Shown here piece by piece: positions 12,450 to 26,239 of a DNA stretch of 64,000 nucleotides. Source of the stretch: Felis catus (Eukaryota); assembly GCF_018350175.1 (NCBI RefSeq), contig NC_058368.1, forward strand, positions 11,780,001 through 11,844,000. Reading direction: 5' to 3'. Every line of letters begins with the position of its first letter. Positions within the stretch are counted from its first letter, which is position 1. Position numbers and translations under genes: made by a program. Under the pieces are notes generated by a model. That model made no database searches, was not told the DNA's origin, and worked only from the letters and a program-made list of their open reading frames with translations.

Positions 12450-12864
12450 TGAAGGGCTCCAGCATAAGTTACTGTGGCATAAAAATTATTTTGGGAAGGT
12501 ATTTGAGTTCCCGAAATCTTTTATCTGCCAAAGAACAGAGCCTCTTCAAAGAACTCAGTTGTCATAAATTCTCTCTGCCCAGGAGCAGCCTTGGAAGACT
12601 CACTCTTCTCACTGGTGATGAGAAGTCTCCATACCACACCTAAACAGACATTGTCACAAAACTACCATATCTCCTATCCTGTTCTAAGGGCCCATTTATT
12701 TTTCCAGAAAATGATTTGTTTTCCTGTAAGTGCCCTTCCCCCTTTCCCCTATTAAAGCTGGTATGTAAGGCATAGATTCTAAACACCTTCTTGAGTCACA
12801 CTTTTTTTGTGAACTACTATATATACACACGAATAAAAATCTGTCTTCTCTCTAGCTAATCTGA
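12450..12864 (+). mobile_element. MER34-like ERV1 LTR
   Basis: TGAAGGG...tggcataaaaattattttg start; aataaa...ttctctctagctaatctg 3' part. Confidence 0.65.
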
Positions 12865-13200
12865 TGTAGGAGAGGAAAAAAAATACATTTTCTTTACCCA
12901 TCCTAGGTTTATAAGCTGGGACCATACAATTTAACTGACAAAAGATGGAATAATAAGAGAAAAACAGAAGTTTATTCATTTGTGCATTGTGCATACACAT
13001 GGGAATACTCATTGATGAGTAACTCAAAAGGGTGGTTAGAACTTGGGCTTATGCAACATCTTAACAACAGAACAATACTTTTTTTTTTTTTTTTTTAAGA
13101 GAAGGACAAGACAAAAAGGACTTTGAGCTTCTAAGGGTGGCAAATTGTGGGAAATTATATATATATGGGGGAACTAATGGAACATAAATATTAGTAAAGT
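12865..13200 (-). mobile_element. Second MER34-family LTR, opposite orientation
   Basis: tgtaggagaggaaaa...actgacaaaaga...agagaaaaacagaagtttatt. Confidence 0.65.
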
Positions 13201-13459
13201 TAAATTTGAGATATAATCATGTACACCCAAAACTGATTATATAACATGATTTAATATTTGTATTGCAAAATGATCATAATAAATCTAGTTAACATCCATT
13301 ACATGTAGTTACACTTATTTTTCTTGTGGTAAAATCTTCTAAGATTTACTTACTCTCTTAGCAACTATTTAAATATACATTGCATTATTATTAACTGTAA
13401 TCACTGTGTTGTATATTACATCCCAAGACTTAGTCATCTTATAACTGGAAGTTTGTACT

Positions 13460-13688
13460 TTTTTTTTTTTTAATTTTTTTTTTTAATGTTTATTTATTTT
13501 TGAGACAGAGAGAGACAGAGCATGAAGGGGGGAGGGGCAGAGAGAGAAGGAGACACAGAATCGGAAGCAGGCTCCAGGCTCTGAGCCATCAGCCCAGAGC
13601 CCGACGCGGGGCTCGAACTCACAGACCGCGAGATTTTGACCTGAGCTGAAGTCGGACGCCCAACCGGACTGCGCCACCCAGGCGCCCC
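13460..13688 (-). mobile_element. Young feline Can-SINE in an L1 3' end (about 13205-13795)
   Basis: TSD tggaagtttgtactttt. Confidence 0.96.
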
Positions 13689-13799
13689 TGGAAGTTTGTA
13701 CTTTTGACCACCTTTACCCATTTCATCCATTCCTCAACCTTTGGCCACTGGCAAACATCAGTGTGTTTTCTGTATCTATGAATTCAGCTTTTGTTTTTG

Positions 13800-14017
13800 T
13801 TTTTATTTTTTGTTTTAAATTTTTTTAATGTTTATTTTTGAGAGAGGGACAGAGTGCAAGTGGGGGAGAGGCAAAGAGAGAGGGAGACACAATCTGAAGC
13901 AGGCTCCAGGCTCAGAGCTGTCAGCACAGAGCTGGATGCGGGCCTCGAACTCACAAACTACAAGGTCATGTCCTGAGCCTAAATCGGATGCTTAACTGAC
14001 TGAGCCACCCAGGTGCC
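13800..14017 (-). mobile_element. Can-SINE, followed by a 3' SINE fragment at about 14040-14093
   Basis: Reverse SINE motifs. Confidence 0.93.
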
Positions 14018-14250
14018 TCTGTTTCTGTTTTTGTTTTTAAAGTTAACTTATTTTGAGAGAGATGTTAGAGCTGGAGAGGGCAGAGGGAGAGGGTCTTGGA
14101 TATCTAGTTAGATTCTATAGGTGTTCCTTACAATATGCTTTTTGATTTTAAATTAAATTTTTACTTGCTTTGGTTGGTATATGGATATCATACTTTTTGC
14201 GTACTAATCTGCCCATCTTGCTAGACTTTAGTTTCCCAATATTTAAAAAA

Positions 14251-14426
14251 AAATTTTTTTTAAGAGTGTGCAAGCAGAGATCAGAGGGCAGAGGGAGAGA
14301 GCAAGAATCTCAAGCAAGCTCAGTGCAAAGCCTCACATGGGGCTCGATCTCACAACCCTCAGGTCTCACAACCTGAGCCGAAATCAAGAGTTGGATGCTC
14401 AACAGACTGAACCACCCAGGCACCCC
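14251..14426 (-). mobile_element. Can-SINE
   Basis: Reverse SINE; caatat flanks. Confidence 0.9.
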
Positions 14427-14874
14427 AATATATTGCTATTTTTGAGTTACAGTACAGCCAACTGCATTATCTGGAAATAACGAGATAGTGGTTTTTTCCG
14501 AATCCTTATACCACTGGTTTCTTTTTCTCAGTGCACTGGCTAGAATCTTCTGGTAAATATTAAAAAGTGGTAGTGATAGTGGGATTCTGTTTGTTTTGGC
14601 TTTAGAGGGAATGCTTGATAAGTTTCACCAGTAAGAGTGATGTTTGTTGTTGGTTTTGGGTAGATAACCTTTGTCAGGTAGGCATATTTTCTTTGTGCCA
14701 TTTTTAGCAAATGGGTACTGGTTTCTGCCTCTATTGAGATAGTTTTCTTACTTCAATTTGTTGATATGGTGAATTGAATTATATTGATTTTTTTCTGGTT
14801 ATTAACCAACCTTGGCATTATTAAGGTTACTCAGACTTGGTCATGATATAGCTACACTGTCCAATTTAGTTATA

Positions 14875-15063
14875 GCTACACTGTCCGGTGTATTAAGCAG
14901 TAGCTACACGTAGCACTTGAAATTCATGAAGGTTAAATAAAATCCAGTTTCCCAGGTATACCAACCTCATCATTTCAAGTGTTAATTGTAGCTGGTGGCT
15001 ATCATATTGGAGAGTGCAAAGTACACATTTCAATTATTGTGGAAGGTTCTGTTGGGCATTGTT
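14875..15063. mobile_element. MER3/MER33-like hAT element
   Basis: tagctacacgtagcacttgaaa...gtagctggtggctatcatattgga...ggaaggttctgttgggca. Confidence 0.65.
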
Positions 15064-15445
15064 GTGATATAGCTGTCATTGAAATATATTGCTGGAGTTA
15101 TTTGGCTAATCCATGTATATATGTTTGTTTATGCATCTGTAATCATGCCAAAATTTTATTAGTTAAAAAAAAAAAAACAAAATTGTATTAGTTTCATAGA
15201 AAGAGATGGAAGGTAGTCTCTTTATTTCTGTTCTCTGGAAGAGTTTGTGTAATATGTAACCCTTTCTGGTCTTCGAAAATTTGAAACATCTCATTAAGCC
15301 CAATGTCTCTTTGTGGGAAGACTTTAATTATTTTCTCTAATGATAACTGATCTTTTCAGATTTTTGGGTTTCTTCTAGAATAAGTGTTTGTTACTCATAT
15401 TTGTTTAGGATATCATCTGAGTTATCAGATTTATTGCCGTGAAGC

Positions 15446-15642
15446 AGGAGTCCTCAAACTGTTGCCTGCAGGCTGCTGCCTCCTTTTGGTAAATAAAGTT
15501 CTGCTGTAATACAGCCATGCCCATTCATAAGTTGTTGGTAGTTGCTTTAGTGCTATTAATGCAGAGTTGAGTAATTATGATGGAAGGTATGAGCAAAAAC
15601 ATTAAACTGTCTAGTCCTTTAAGAAAACGTTAGCCAATCCTT
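15446..15642 (+). mobile_element. MER58A-like element, complete
   Basis: caggagtcctcaaact...gtaaataaagtt...acagccatgcccattc...gccaatccttg. Confidence 0.8.
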
Positions 15643-17526
15643 GGCTTAAAGTATTCTTTATTGTCCTATCTATCAGTGCATCCTTAAATCTCTGTAGTTA
15701 CATTTCTTTTTTTATTCCTAATGTTAATAGTTATTACTCTTTTCTTGATAAGCCTTGTCAGAGATTTACCATATTTTGATTGTTTAAATGTATTCTCCTA
15801 ATTAATGAATTAGTTTCGGTTCTTTATTATCTTCTTTCTTAATTCTTTGGGAAGTTTCGTATTGTCTTTTGGTTTCCTAAATTTCATGCTTAGTTTACTT
15901 ATTTTGAGGCATTTTTCAGTATAACATATAAGGCTCTTTCTTTTTTGTGTTACTATCCCTAATTCTATCAAGTTTTATGTTCATTATCTTGTATCACTCA
16001 GTTATATTACTCGTGAGCTTTTTGTAACATATGGAAATACTTATCTTTCTGTTTTCTACTAATTTAATTACATTTTAGTTATATAAGTGTGGTGGGTGAG
16101 ATTTGGATTCTTTTAAATTTTTTGGGACATGCATTATATATCAGATTGTTCTGACATTGTAAATGTTTGTGCCCTTGATAAGATTATGTAAGGATGCAGG
16201 GTTGAATGACTCACAAATTAAGCTTGTTGTCTTATTTCCGTCTTCTATATCTTTACTAATTTTTCTAGTGTATAACCTATCAATGTGGAAAAAAGTATGT
16301 TAAATCTCTTGTGTCATGGTGATTTTATTCCTGTGGTTTTATCAATTTTTGCTGTATTTTCATCTTATTTAATAGCTTACATAAACTTAAAATTATTTTT
16401 GTGGTGATTTGAATCCTTTAATCATTTTGTGATGACTTTTTTATGTCATAATTCTTTGTGTGTTAAAATTTGTTTGGTCTGATAAGAATGTAGGGACCTA
16501 CTTTATTATTTTTCTTACAGTTCTTGTTTTTTACTTGGCCTTTTTTTCTCTTTGCCTTTTTTCTTTTTAAAAAATTATTTTCATTTTACTCCAGTCCCTT
16601 TTTTCTTTTTTTTTAAGCTTTTTAATTGAGTAAATTTAACATCTGACATTTTGCAAGTTTAAGGTGTACCTTGTGTTATTTTGATATGCTTATATATTGT
16701 AATATGATTGCCAAAGTAGCCAAATTTATCATAGTGCATATAGTAGAAGATTGTTTGTATTCATTATGTTGTGCATTAATTAGGTCTCTGTGTTATTTAC
16801 TACTCATTGAAAATTTGTATCTTTAAACACTATTGATCTTACCTCCTCCATCCCCTAAAAATAAAAATTTCACTCTATGTTTTACAAGTTTAGCTTTTTT
16901 GGATTCCACATACATGTGGTATCATATGTACTTGTTTTTCTTTGTTCACCTTATCTCACTTAACATAATGTGCTCTGGGGCCATCCATGTTGTTGCACAT
17001 GACAGGATATCCTCCTTTCTCATGGCTCAATATAGTTCCTTATGCATATGTACCTTTTTTTTTTTTTTTTTTTTTAATCCATTCTTCCATTGATGGGCAT
17101 TTGAATTGTTTCCGTATCTGGGCTATTGTGAATAATGCCGTGATAAACACAGGAGTGCATATATCTTCTCAAAATCGTGTTTTCATTTCCTTTGGGTATA
17201 TACCCAGAAGTAGAATTGCTAGATCATAATGTTAGCTCTATTTTAAATTTTTGAGGAACCTTCATATTTTCCATGGTGGTTGGACCAGTTTACATTCTCA
17301 CTGGTGCTATATAAGGATTCTCTTTTGACCACATCCTCACTAGCACCTGTTTTCTCTTGATAATAGCAATTCTAACAGGTGTGAGGTGATATCACATTGT
17401 GATTTTTGATTTGCATTTCCCTGATGATTAGCATTGTCGAGCATTCTTTCATGTGTTTTTCACTGGCCATTTTGATGTCCTCTTTGGAACAATGTTTAGT
17501 TCTTCTGCCTTTTTAAAAATTAGATT

Positions 17527-17723
17527 ATTATTACTATTATTTTTTAAAGTTTATAATGTTTATTTTGAGAGAGAGGGAGTGTGGGAGGGGCAAAGAGAGG
17601 GAGAGAGAGAATCTCAAGCAGGCACTGTGCAGTCAGTGTGGAGCCTGACATGGGTTCGAACTTATGAACTGTGAGATCATGACCTGAGCCGACACCAGGA
17701 GTTGGGTGCTTAACCGATTGAGC
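17527..17723 (-). mobile_element. 5'-truncated Can-SINE in L1
   Basis: Reverse SINE motifs. Confidence 0.9.
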
Positions 17724-18267
17724 AGATTTGTTTTTTTTATTATTGACTGAGCTTTTCATATACTTTTTATGTTGATCCCTCATCTGATACATGGTTTGCC
17801 AGAATTTTCTCCCATTGTGTAGGTTTTTTGTTGTTAATTGCTCTTTTTCTGTGTAGATGCTTTTGAATTTGATATAGTCCCACTTGTTGAGTTTTGCTTT
17901 TATTTTGGCTTATGATGTCATGCCCAGAATTTATTGACAAGACCAATACCTGCAAGCTTTTTCTCTGCATTTTCTTGTAGGAGGTTTATGGTGTCAGGTC
18001 TTATGTTTAAGTGTTTGATTCATTTTGGGTTAATTATTGTGAGTGGTGTGAAATAAGGATCCAATTTCATTGTTCTGCATGTGTTGCTGTAGTTTTCCCA
18101 GCACCATTTGTTGAAGAGACTATCCTTTTCTCCATTGGATATTCTTGGCTCTCTTGTTGATTGTTGATCATATATGCCTGGATTTAATTCTGGGCTCTCA
18201 TTCTGTTTGATTGGTTGAGGTATCTGTTTTTGTTTTTGTGTTGTACTGTAGTTTGAAACCTGGAAGC

Positions 18268-18269
<2 letters not shown>

Positions 18270-18320
<51 letters not shown>
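18270..18320. repeat. (TG)n microsatellite, about 25 units
   Basis: Perfect dinucleotide run. Confidence 0.98.
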
Positions 18321-18323
<3 letters not shown>

Positions 18324-18810
18324 TTTGTTTTCAGGATTGCTTGGGCTATTTGGTGTCTTTAGTGGTTTCATACAAATTTTAAGTTATTTCTTCTATTTCT
18401 GTGAAGATTGTGTTTGGTATTTTGATTGTGGGGGCAGGTTGTGTTGACTCTGTAGATACCTTTGGGTAGTATGGCTATTTTAACAGTATTAATTCTTCTG
18501 ATCCATGAATATGGGATGTCTTACTCATTGTGTCTTCTTTGATTTCTTTCAGTGGAGTCGTGTAATTTTTGTTGTACAAGTCTTTGGCTTCCTTGGTTAA
18601 CATTATTTCTAAGCATTTTATTGTTTTTGATACTATTTTAATTAACTTTAATAGTTTTGTTTCTTTCATAGATACTTCATCATTAGTATATAAAGGAGTG
18701 CAGCTGATTTCAGTGTGTTGATTTTTTTTTTTTTTATGGTGTCATTTTCCTGAAATCATTGCTTAATTTTCAGAGTTTTTTTGATGGATTCTTTGGCATT
18801 TTTCCATGTA

Positions 18811-19138
18811 TAATTGATCCTTGAACATTATAAGGTTTAGGGATGCTGACCCACTGTGCAATCAGAAATCTGTGTATAACTTATGACTCCCCCAAAACTT
18901 TACTACTAATAGCCTACTGTTGACTGGAAACCTTACCAGTAACATAAACAGTCAATTAACATATATTGTATATGTTTACATGTATAATATTGGTATATTC
19001 TTAGAGTAAGCTAGAGAAGAAATGTTATTAAAATCATAAGGAAGAGAAAATATATTTATGATACTGTACGTACTGAGAAAAATCCACATATAAATGGACC
19101 TGGGCAGTTCAAACCTGAAGTTGTTCAAGGGTCAGCTG
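18811..19138. mobile_element. Tigger2a-like MITE nested in L1
   Basis: TIRs taattgatccttgaaca / tgttcaagggtcagctg, each flanked by TA. Confidence 0.88.
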
Positions 19139-21463
19139 TATAAGATCATACCATCAGCAAATGGTGACGGTTTTACTTCTCTCAGATTTGATTGCCTCTT
19201 ATTTCTTTGTCTTGGTTAGTTGCTCTAGCTGGGACTTCCAGTGTTATATTGAGTAGGAATGGTGAGAGCAGTCATTCTTGTTTTTGATCTTATAGGAAAA
19301 CACTTTGAATTTTTCTCCATTGAATATAATGTTAGCTGTGGTTTTGTCTTATGGCCTTTATTATGTTGAGGTATGTTCCTTCTATACCTTATCTGTTAAG
19401 GGTTTTTATCATGGAAGGATGTTGTATTTTGTCAAATGCTTTTTCTGTGTCTATTCACATGATCATGTGATTTTTGTCTTTTATTGACATGTGATATATG
19501 TATTGATATGTGTATGTTGAACCATCTTTGCATCTCAGGGATGAATTACACTTTGTCGTGCTTGATTATCTGATGTGTTCTTGAATTCAGTTTGCTAATA
19601 TTTTGTTGAGAGTTTTTTTTATCTATATTCATTAGGGATATTGGTCTATAGTTTTCTTGTAGTACTTGTATGGTTTTGGTAGGAGTATAATACTGGCTTC
19701 ATAGAATGAGTTTGGAAGTATTCCCTCTGCCTTGATATTTTGGAAGAGCTTGGTGCTAATTCTTTAAATGTTTGGTAGAATTCTCCAGTGAAGTCTTCTG
19801 CTCCAGGAGTTAACTGTGTAGGGAGTTTTTGTGATTACTTATTAAATTTCTTTATTTGATCTGTTCAGATTTTCTATTTTTTCTGATTCAGTCTTGGTAG
19901 GTTGTTTATTTCTAGAAACGTATCCATTTCTTCCAGGTTTTGTAATTTGTTGGTGTATAGTTATTTTGCTACTGGTCATTTACAGTTTTATTTTTGTAGT
20001 ATCAGTTGTAGTATCTCCTTTTTCATTCCTGATTTTATTTGTGTTTTCTCTTTTTTCTTAGTTTAGCTATAGGTTTGTCAATTTTGTGTATCTTTTTGAA
20101 GAATGAGTTATTAGTTTTTGTTTATCTTTTCTTTTTTTTTTTGGTCTCTATTTCATTTATTTCCACTCTAATCTTTATTATTTCCTTCTTTTCACGACTT
20201 TGGGCTTAATTAGTTCTTCAGTTAGTTGAGATGTAAAGTTAGGTTGTTTATTTGAGATCTGATTTCTTAATATATGCATTTATTGCTATACATTTTCCTC
20301 TTGAGAGCTGCTTTCGCTGCATCCTACAATATTGATATGATGTTTTTCCATTTGCATTTGTTTCCAGATATTTTATTTCCATTTTGATGTTGTCGTGGAC
20401 CCAGAGTTTGTTTAGAAGTGTGGTGTTTAGTTTCCACATATTTATAGAACTTACTGATTTTTTCTTGTTGATTTCCAGTTTTATACTTTTGTGTTGAGAA
20501 AAGACAGTTGGTATGATTTTAGTCTTAAATTTGCTCAGATTCGTTTTGTGGCCTGTCATATGTTCTGTCCTAGAGAATGTCCCCCGTGCAATTGAGAAGA
20601 ATATGTATTCTGCTGCTGTTGAATATATATGTTAAGTCCATTTGTTCTTAAAGTGTGGTTCAGTTTCAGTGTTTACTTGTTTATTTTCTGTCTGCGATAT
20701 CTTTCTGTTGCTGATAGTGGGGTATTTAAGTCCCCTACTATTACTGTATTGTTGTGTATTTCTCTCTTAAGATCTGTTAGTATTTGCCTGATATATTTTG
20801 GTGGTTGGGTGTTGAGGATGTATATTTTTATGATTATTGTATGTTATTGATCTTTTTAGCATAATCTAATGCCTTTTTTTTTTTTTGGTCGCTTGTTAAC
20901 CTTTTGTGGCTTGAAGTCTTTTGTCTGATGTATATATATATGGCTGTGTCTACCTTTTGGTTTCTGTTTGGAATACCATTTTCCATCCTTTTGCTTTGAG
21001 CCTATGTGTGTTGTTAGAGCTGAGATGAATCTCCTGTAGACAGGATATAGTTGAGTCTTGTTTTTTTAATCTATCCAGCCACTCCGTACCTTTTGGTTGG
21101 TAAGTTCAATCCATTTATATTTAGGGTGATTATTGATATGTAACGATTTACAGCTGTCACTTTATCTTTTGTCTTTTGGTTATTTTGTCTCTTTATTGTT
21201 TCTTTTTTCTACTGTTTATCTACCTTTGTATATTGGTAGTTTTCCATGGTAATTTGCTCAGTCCCCCCCCCCCTTTTTTTTTCTTTCTTTCTTTTTAAAT
21301 GATTTGTGTCTCTGCTGTAGATTTTACTTAGTGGTTACCATGAGGTTTACATAAAATATTTCATAGATAAAATAGTCTTTCTGTTGGTAGTTTATCTTCA
21401 TTTACCTATAAAGCTGTTCCATTCTTCTGTTCTTCCTTGATATTTTTGATGTCATAAATTATC

Positions 21464-21669
21464 TTTTTAAAAATTTTTTGTTTATTTATTTTTGAGAGAG
21501 CGAGAGACAGAGTGCAAGCAGGGGAGGCGCAGAGAGAGAAGGAGACACAGAATCCAAAGCAGGCTTCAGGCTCTGAGCTGTCAGCATGGGGCTTGAACCC
21601 ATGAACTGTGAGATCATGACCTGAGCTGAAGTTGGAGGCTTAACCGACTGAGCCACCCAGGCGCCCCCC
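21464..21669 (-). mobile_element. Can-SINE without TSD
   Basis: Reverse SINE; flanks unrelated. Confidence 0.92.
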
Positions 21670-24600
21670 TGATATGCTTGATTTTCAGTGAAACCTAATG
21701 CATTCCTTATTTATTGAGTTCTTTATCTTTAGAACTGTGTAGTTCTTTTTTAGAATTTCTCTTCGCTAAGGTACTCCTTGTGTTCATAAATTTTATTCCT
21801 GAGATCATTGTATTGCCTTCCTGAGTTTTCTTTTAGCTCATTGAACTTCTTCACGAAGCTATTTTGAGTTCTTTATTAGTTAGATGGCAGTGTTTTGTGT
21901 TTTTGTATTTAGTTGCTGGAAAGTTTTCATTTTCTTTTGTGATATCATATTATCATGATTTTTTATAGTGTTTGATTAAAAAGTGCTTCTGCCTGTATTG
22001 GAAGTAGTGAACATCTTTCTTATTTACTTAAAGCTTTCTTTCCTTTCATTCTCAAAAGCTCAGTAGGTTGGTAATTAGGAGCCTTCTTGTTTTTCAGTAG
22101 GTAGTGCTGTAGCACAAGTTTTTGGTGTCTCTGACCAGGGCTTACTTGCCACTGTGTTTGTGAGTATTGGTTTAAAAACAAAAACAAAAACAAAAAAACT
22201 GCCAGAGAGAAAAAGCATGGTGGCAGATTTGGGGGAGATGTGTGCTTAGCATTTGGGGCTTTGGGTTTGCCCACAGTCCAGTAGGGGAGAGTCCTTTAAT
22301 GTTGGGGGGGGGGGCTCTTAGCGGTACGCCGTGAGTCTTGATCGGCTTACCAGAATCCTGGGGTAGAACTTTTCTGAAGTTCTTTGCCTGCTTCCTTTTA
22401 CCCTTCCCTCCCGCAGTCACTGTGGATTCTTCTCAGAGAAAGCAGTGGGTCTTTCCAGCTGCAGCATGCATGGCAGCATGCACTGGACTTCCAGTGATCA
22501 CTTTCACCTTCCACCTTCTCTGTCAAAATGGACACTAGATCTGCTGCTTTCTCTGCTACTGTTCCTATCTGTAGCTTCCTATCCACCCATTGGTGCACAG
22601 ACGGGTGGACCATTCGGGTGTCCTGTTGTGCTGTGCAGAGGTGCTTTTTATTGGGCTATGGATGTATGATTAGTTATAAATCGAAGGAGGGAGAAAAAAG
22701 CAACTACTTACAATGCAATGATGTTGATGTCTAACTGCCCTTTTTTTTTTTTTTTTTTAGGTGTGGTAGTTTTAGTGTGTTTCTTTCTTTTAAAAAATAG
22801 TTAATACCTTTGAAATTCTGTATTGCATAAAGTAGTTTTAGTATTAATACCTTGGTCCCTTTCAAAATTGACACAAAGTCCCTTTTACTATCAATAGCAC
22901 CCTCCTCCCAGCTTCCATGATGATATTGCCCAGCATTTTAGTTCTCTTTTTTATCCCCTAAATGAGACTTGTTAGTTGTGTACAGTGCTTATTTGTATTC
23001 TGCTACCGTGTTTAAAAGTTCTTTTTTAAAAACTTTCTCCTATTAGAATTTCAAAGTTTGTTATCTCCTGTCTCTTAATTCTCCTTTAAATTTCTCACCT
23101 CTTAGCTTTGCATTTTATGTGGTTTCTTCAAATTACTAATTTTTATGACTTTCTTTTTGCCCATTTTTAATGTTTAACCTGCTCATTGAGATTTTGAAAT
23201 CATCCATTAGTTTTTTTTTTTGTTCCTTTCTAGTTTTTTTTGGTGATTTTCAAAAGTTTCTTTTTGTTCGCATATTCTGTGGTTTAATTTTTAAAAATCC
23301 CTTTTATGTGTGTGTCGTTTCATATTTTATAATTTGGCGATATTGAAGATCTGAGTTCAGTGGTGTATAACATGTTCACTCTTGGTATTTGTGTCCTTAG
23401 GTGTGTGGTGATCCTTGAGCAGGACTCATATTTCGTTGAGCTTTATTTAATATGTGGAAAATTTGGGAGCTTACATTGAGAAGTTTTTTTTTGTTTTTTG
23501 TTTTTTTTTTCACTCCATAGAGGAATTTCTTTTGCATCTGCTAGGAAATAGGACTTGTTATGTCTTGGGAGCTGTCTAGGGTCTTATATGCTTAAAGCAT
23601 GACTCTCAGGTTCAGTTTGCCTCCTAGTAGCTAGCACTGTGCTGAATGTTTGTTTTCTTACATCTTTATGTGCATACTACTTATTACTCAAGTTTCATTT
23701 CATCCTATTTTTGTGGAGATGGATAGGTGGGGAGTGTGGCAGTGAAGGTGGAGTGTGGAGATATCCTTATAGATTTTCTTTTTTATGAGCTCAGCAACAT
23801 AATTTCCTGCTGGATCTGTTGGGTTCTTTATAATAAGTCTGTATATTGTAGGATGTTCCATTTTTAAAGTTGTATTTGTTAGGCTCATCACTACCTCTGT
23901 TAGATACCTCTCTCTTCACCCTTTCCCAAAAGTCACCCTTTCCCTTTCTCATGCTTTCAGGTCCCCAGAATTTTCTTGTTTTACTGTTGCTACTTTTCAG
24001 GTGTCTAGTTGTTGTATGCATAAATCTCTCCACATTTCATTCAGTGTACTAATTTAGAAATTCTTTAAAATTTCTTCTGTGTCTTACTGTAGTTTTTAAA
24101 TTTTACTTGACCTTTTTGCCCTGATACTCAGTTGGTGTACTTCTTTTGGACCCTCTGACTCTCCTGATGTGCTTGTTGATATGTCTTTGTTGATATGCAG
24201 TTAAGCGAGATTCTAAATTAATTATTGACAGTGGGTGTGGGCTGCTTTAGTAGTTGTACCAATTAGATTATTTTCTCTAGATGAGTTCTCCTAAGGGATG
24301 TGTGGCTCTAATCCTCTATGTGGGTTATCCCTGGTGTGGTAAATGAACTGAGACAGCATTTAAAAAAGTGAATTATTGTTTAGGGTATGTGGGCAGGGAA
24401 CATATTGGCAAGGCTTGTGTCTCCCTTGAACAAGACAAATGGCTGAAAGAGCATTTGGGTCACAAAATCCCAAATGATTTATCTTGCAGTCTGTGTTGAG
24501 TCAAGAAAGCTCATATGAAATCTCTTTGCCCATCTTAGCTTTGCTTTGATATCTGGTGGAGTTCCAAAATCCTATTTGCTGTGTTCTCTTGAGCTGAGAT

Positions 24601-25785
24601 TATTAACAGGAATTAGGAAGTAATTTGCTGTAGAGGTAGGAGTAGTTACTGGAAGATTATGTTTTATTAATTATGGTGGGCCAAAGCTAGGGTACATTCA
24701 TCTTGTTGTCTTCAGTCCATTCCACTCCATTTCTTCTGAGTTGGGGTGGTTTATGGAGTTTTGGTTTTGCTTCTGTTGACTATCAGCATGGTCAGTGACC
24801 TTCTGATTTCTAACATTGCTTTTTCTTTGTTTTATAGTTCTTGGGCCATTTTAATAGATTTGGGGGAGAAGAGAGATATGTTATAATGTGATTAACCACT
24901 GTAAAATCAGAAGTTCTGTTGAAAAAGATTCAAAGGTTTATTCTCTTCTTTTCAGGTAGAAAAGTTCCTTCTTAACTAGGGATAAGATTTTGATGATTTT
25001 ACTTTTTACATCGGAGCTCTAACTTCTGCATATCCACTCCTTCCTTACTGTTTCCCTCCTTTTTCATCACCCCTTTTTGTTGTTTTTGTTTTTTGTTTTT
25101 TTGGGTTTTTTTGTGTATGCATGATGAGGTGGGAATCTTAAGGTTTTTTTCTCTTTTGTGTTCCTTTATTACTAAGAATTTGTTGTCCCCTTTCTCGTGT
25201 TTGCACTCACTGACATTTTTTTGATAGATTGAGAAGTCATTGAGACTTTGAGAAGTCATTTATTAGGTCAGAGATTTTTTGTAAACTGGTTTCAATTAGA
25301 ATAGAAAACCTCATGAATTACCCACAAAAAGAGTATTGTTTAATGAGACTTTTTTTTTTCTTAGCGTGTTTATGTATTGGGTTGTACTGCAATTAAAAAA
25401 TGAAAATTTGAAAGTCACTGTCCTGGCCTTAGGTTATGGATTGTGACCTATGCCTCCCCCAAAGAATCCGTAATTCAAAGGAGATCTTCTGTAGAGTTGA
25501 GCGGCTTTAATTGAAGAGCTGGCGGCACTTCTGCCCCCTTCGTTGCAATAGCAGCCATAAGCTGTTTGTTGAAGTCTTGGAGTTCCAGTGGATACTGTTA
25601 TAGGTGTGGAGGAGGTAGATGTGGTCCTAGGCACCTCCTAGCTGTAGAGACTTCTGCTTTTTAGGTATTTTGTAACTTAGAATTTGGTGGGAGATTTTGT
25701 TTGACAGAAGAGCTCAAATGCTTAAGAGTATTTGAAAAGATTGTTAGATAACCAAGGCTTTGAGACCGAAATAGCCCTTGTCTTT

Positions 25786-25988
25786 ATTTAAAAACAATTT
25801 TTTTAAATGTTTGTTTATTTTTGAGAGAGAGCGCGAGTCGGGGAGGGGCAGAGAGGGAGACAGGGAGACACATGCTCCAGGCCCTGAGCTGTCAGCACAG
25901 AGCCTGATGCGGGGCTTGAACCCATAAACTGCGAACCATGATCTGAGCCAAAGCCAGATGCTTAACCAGGTGAGCCACCCAGGAACCA
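25786..25988 (-). mobile_element. Can-SINE
   Basis: TSD gcccttgtcttta. Confidence 0.95.
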
Positions 25989-26239
25989 CGCCCTTGTCTT
26001 TAAATAAATCAGTGTAGTATAAGTAATGTTTGGGTATTTCTTTCTTTAATTATTCAACCTTTAGTTTTGTTTCCTGCTTTTCTAGAATGAAATGTAGTGA
26101 ACATCCTCACGTTTTGGTATGTTTTCAGTCTTTGCAGTTTTTTATTTTTTTTGGCCCTGTTACCAGTGAACATAGAGTAGACATGATGTACCATAGTGTA
26201 ACTTAATAAAATATCTGTGACAATCACTTGTAGACATAC

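Larger units (their letters stand above)
16600..22735 (-). mobile_element. Near full-span degraded L1 (L1MA/L1M3-like) from 3'UTR to 5'UTR, with internal deletions
   Basis: 3'UTR at 16610; ORF2 remnants (e.g. GHKTNLSKFK...NMWKLNTTLLNKLWV at 20248..20559); ORF1 remnants; GC-richer 5'UTR at 22240-22735; cccttttttt on both flanks. Confidence 0.85.
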
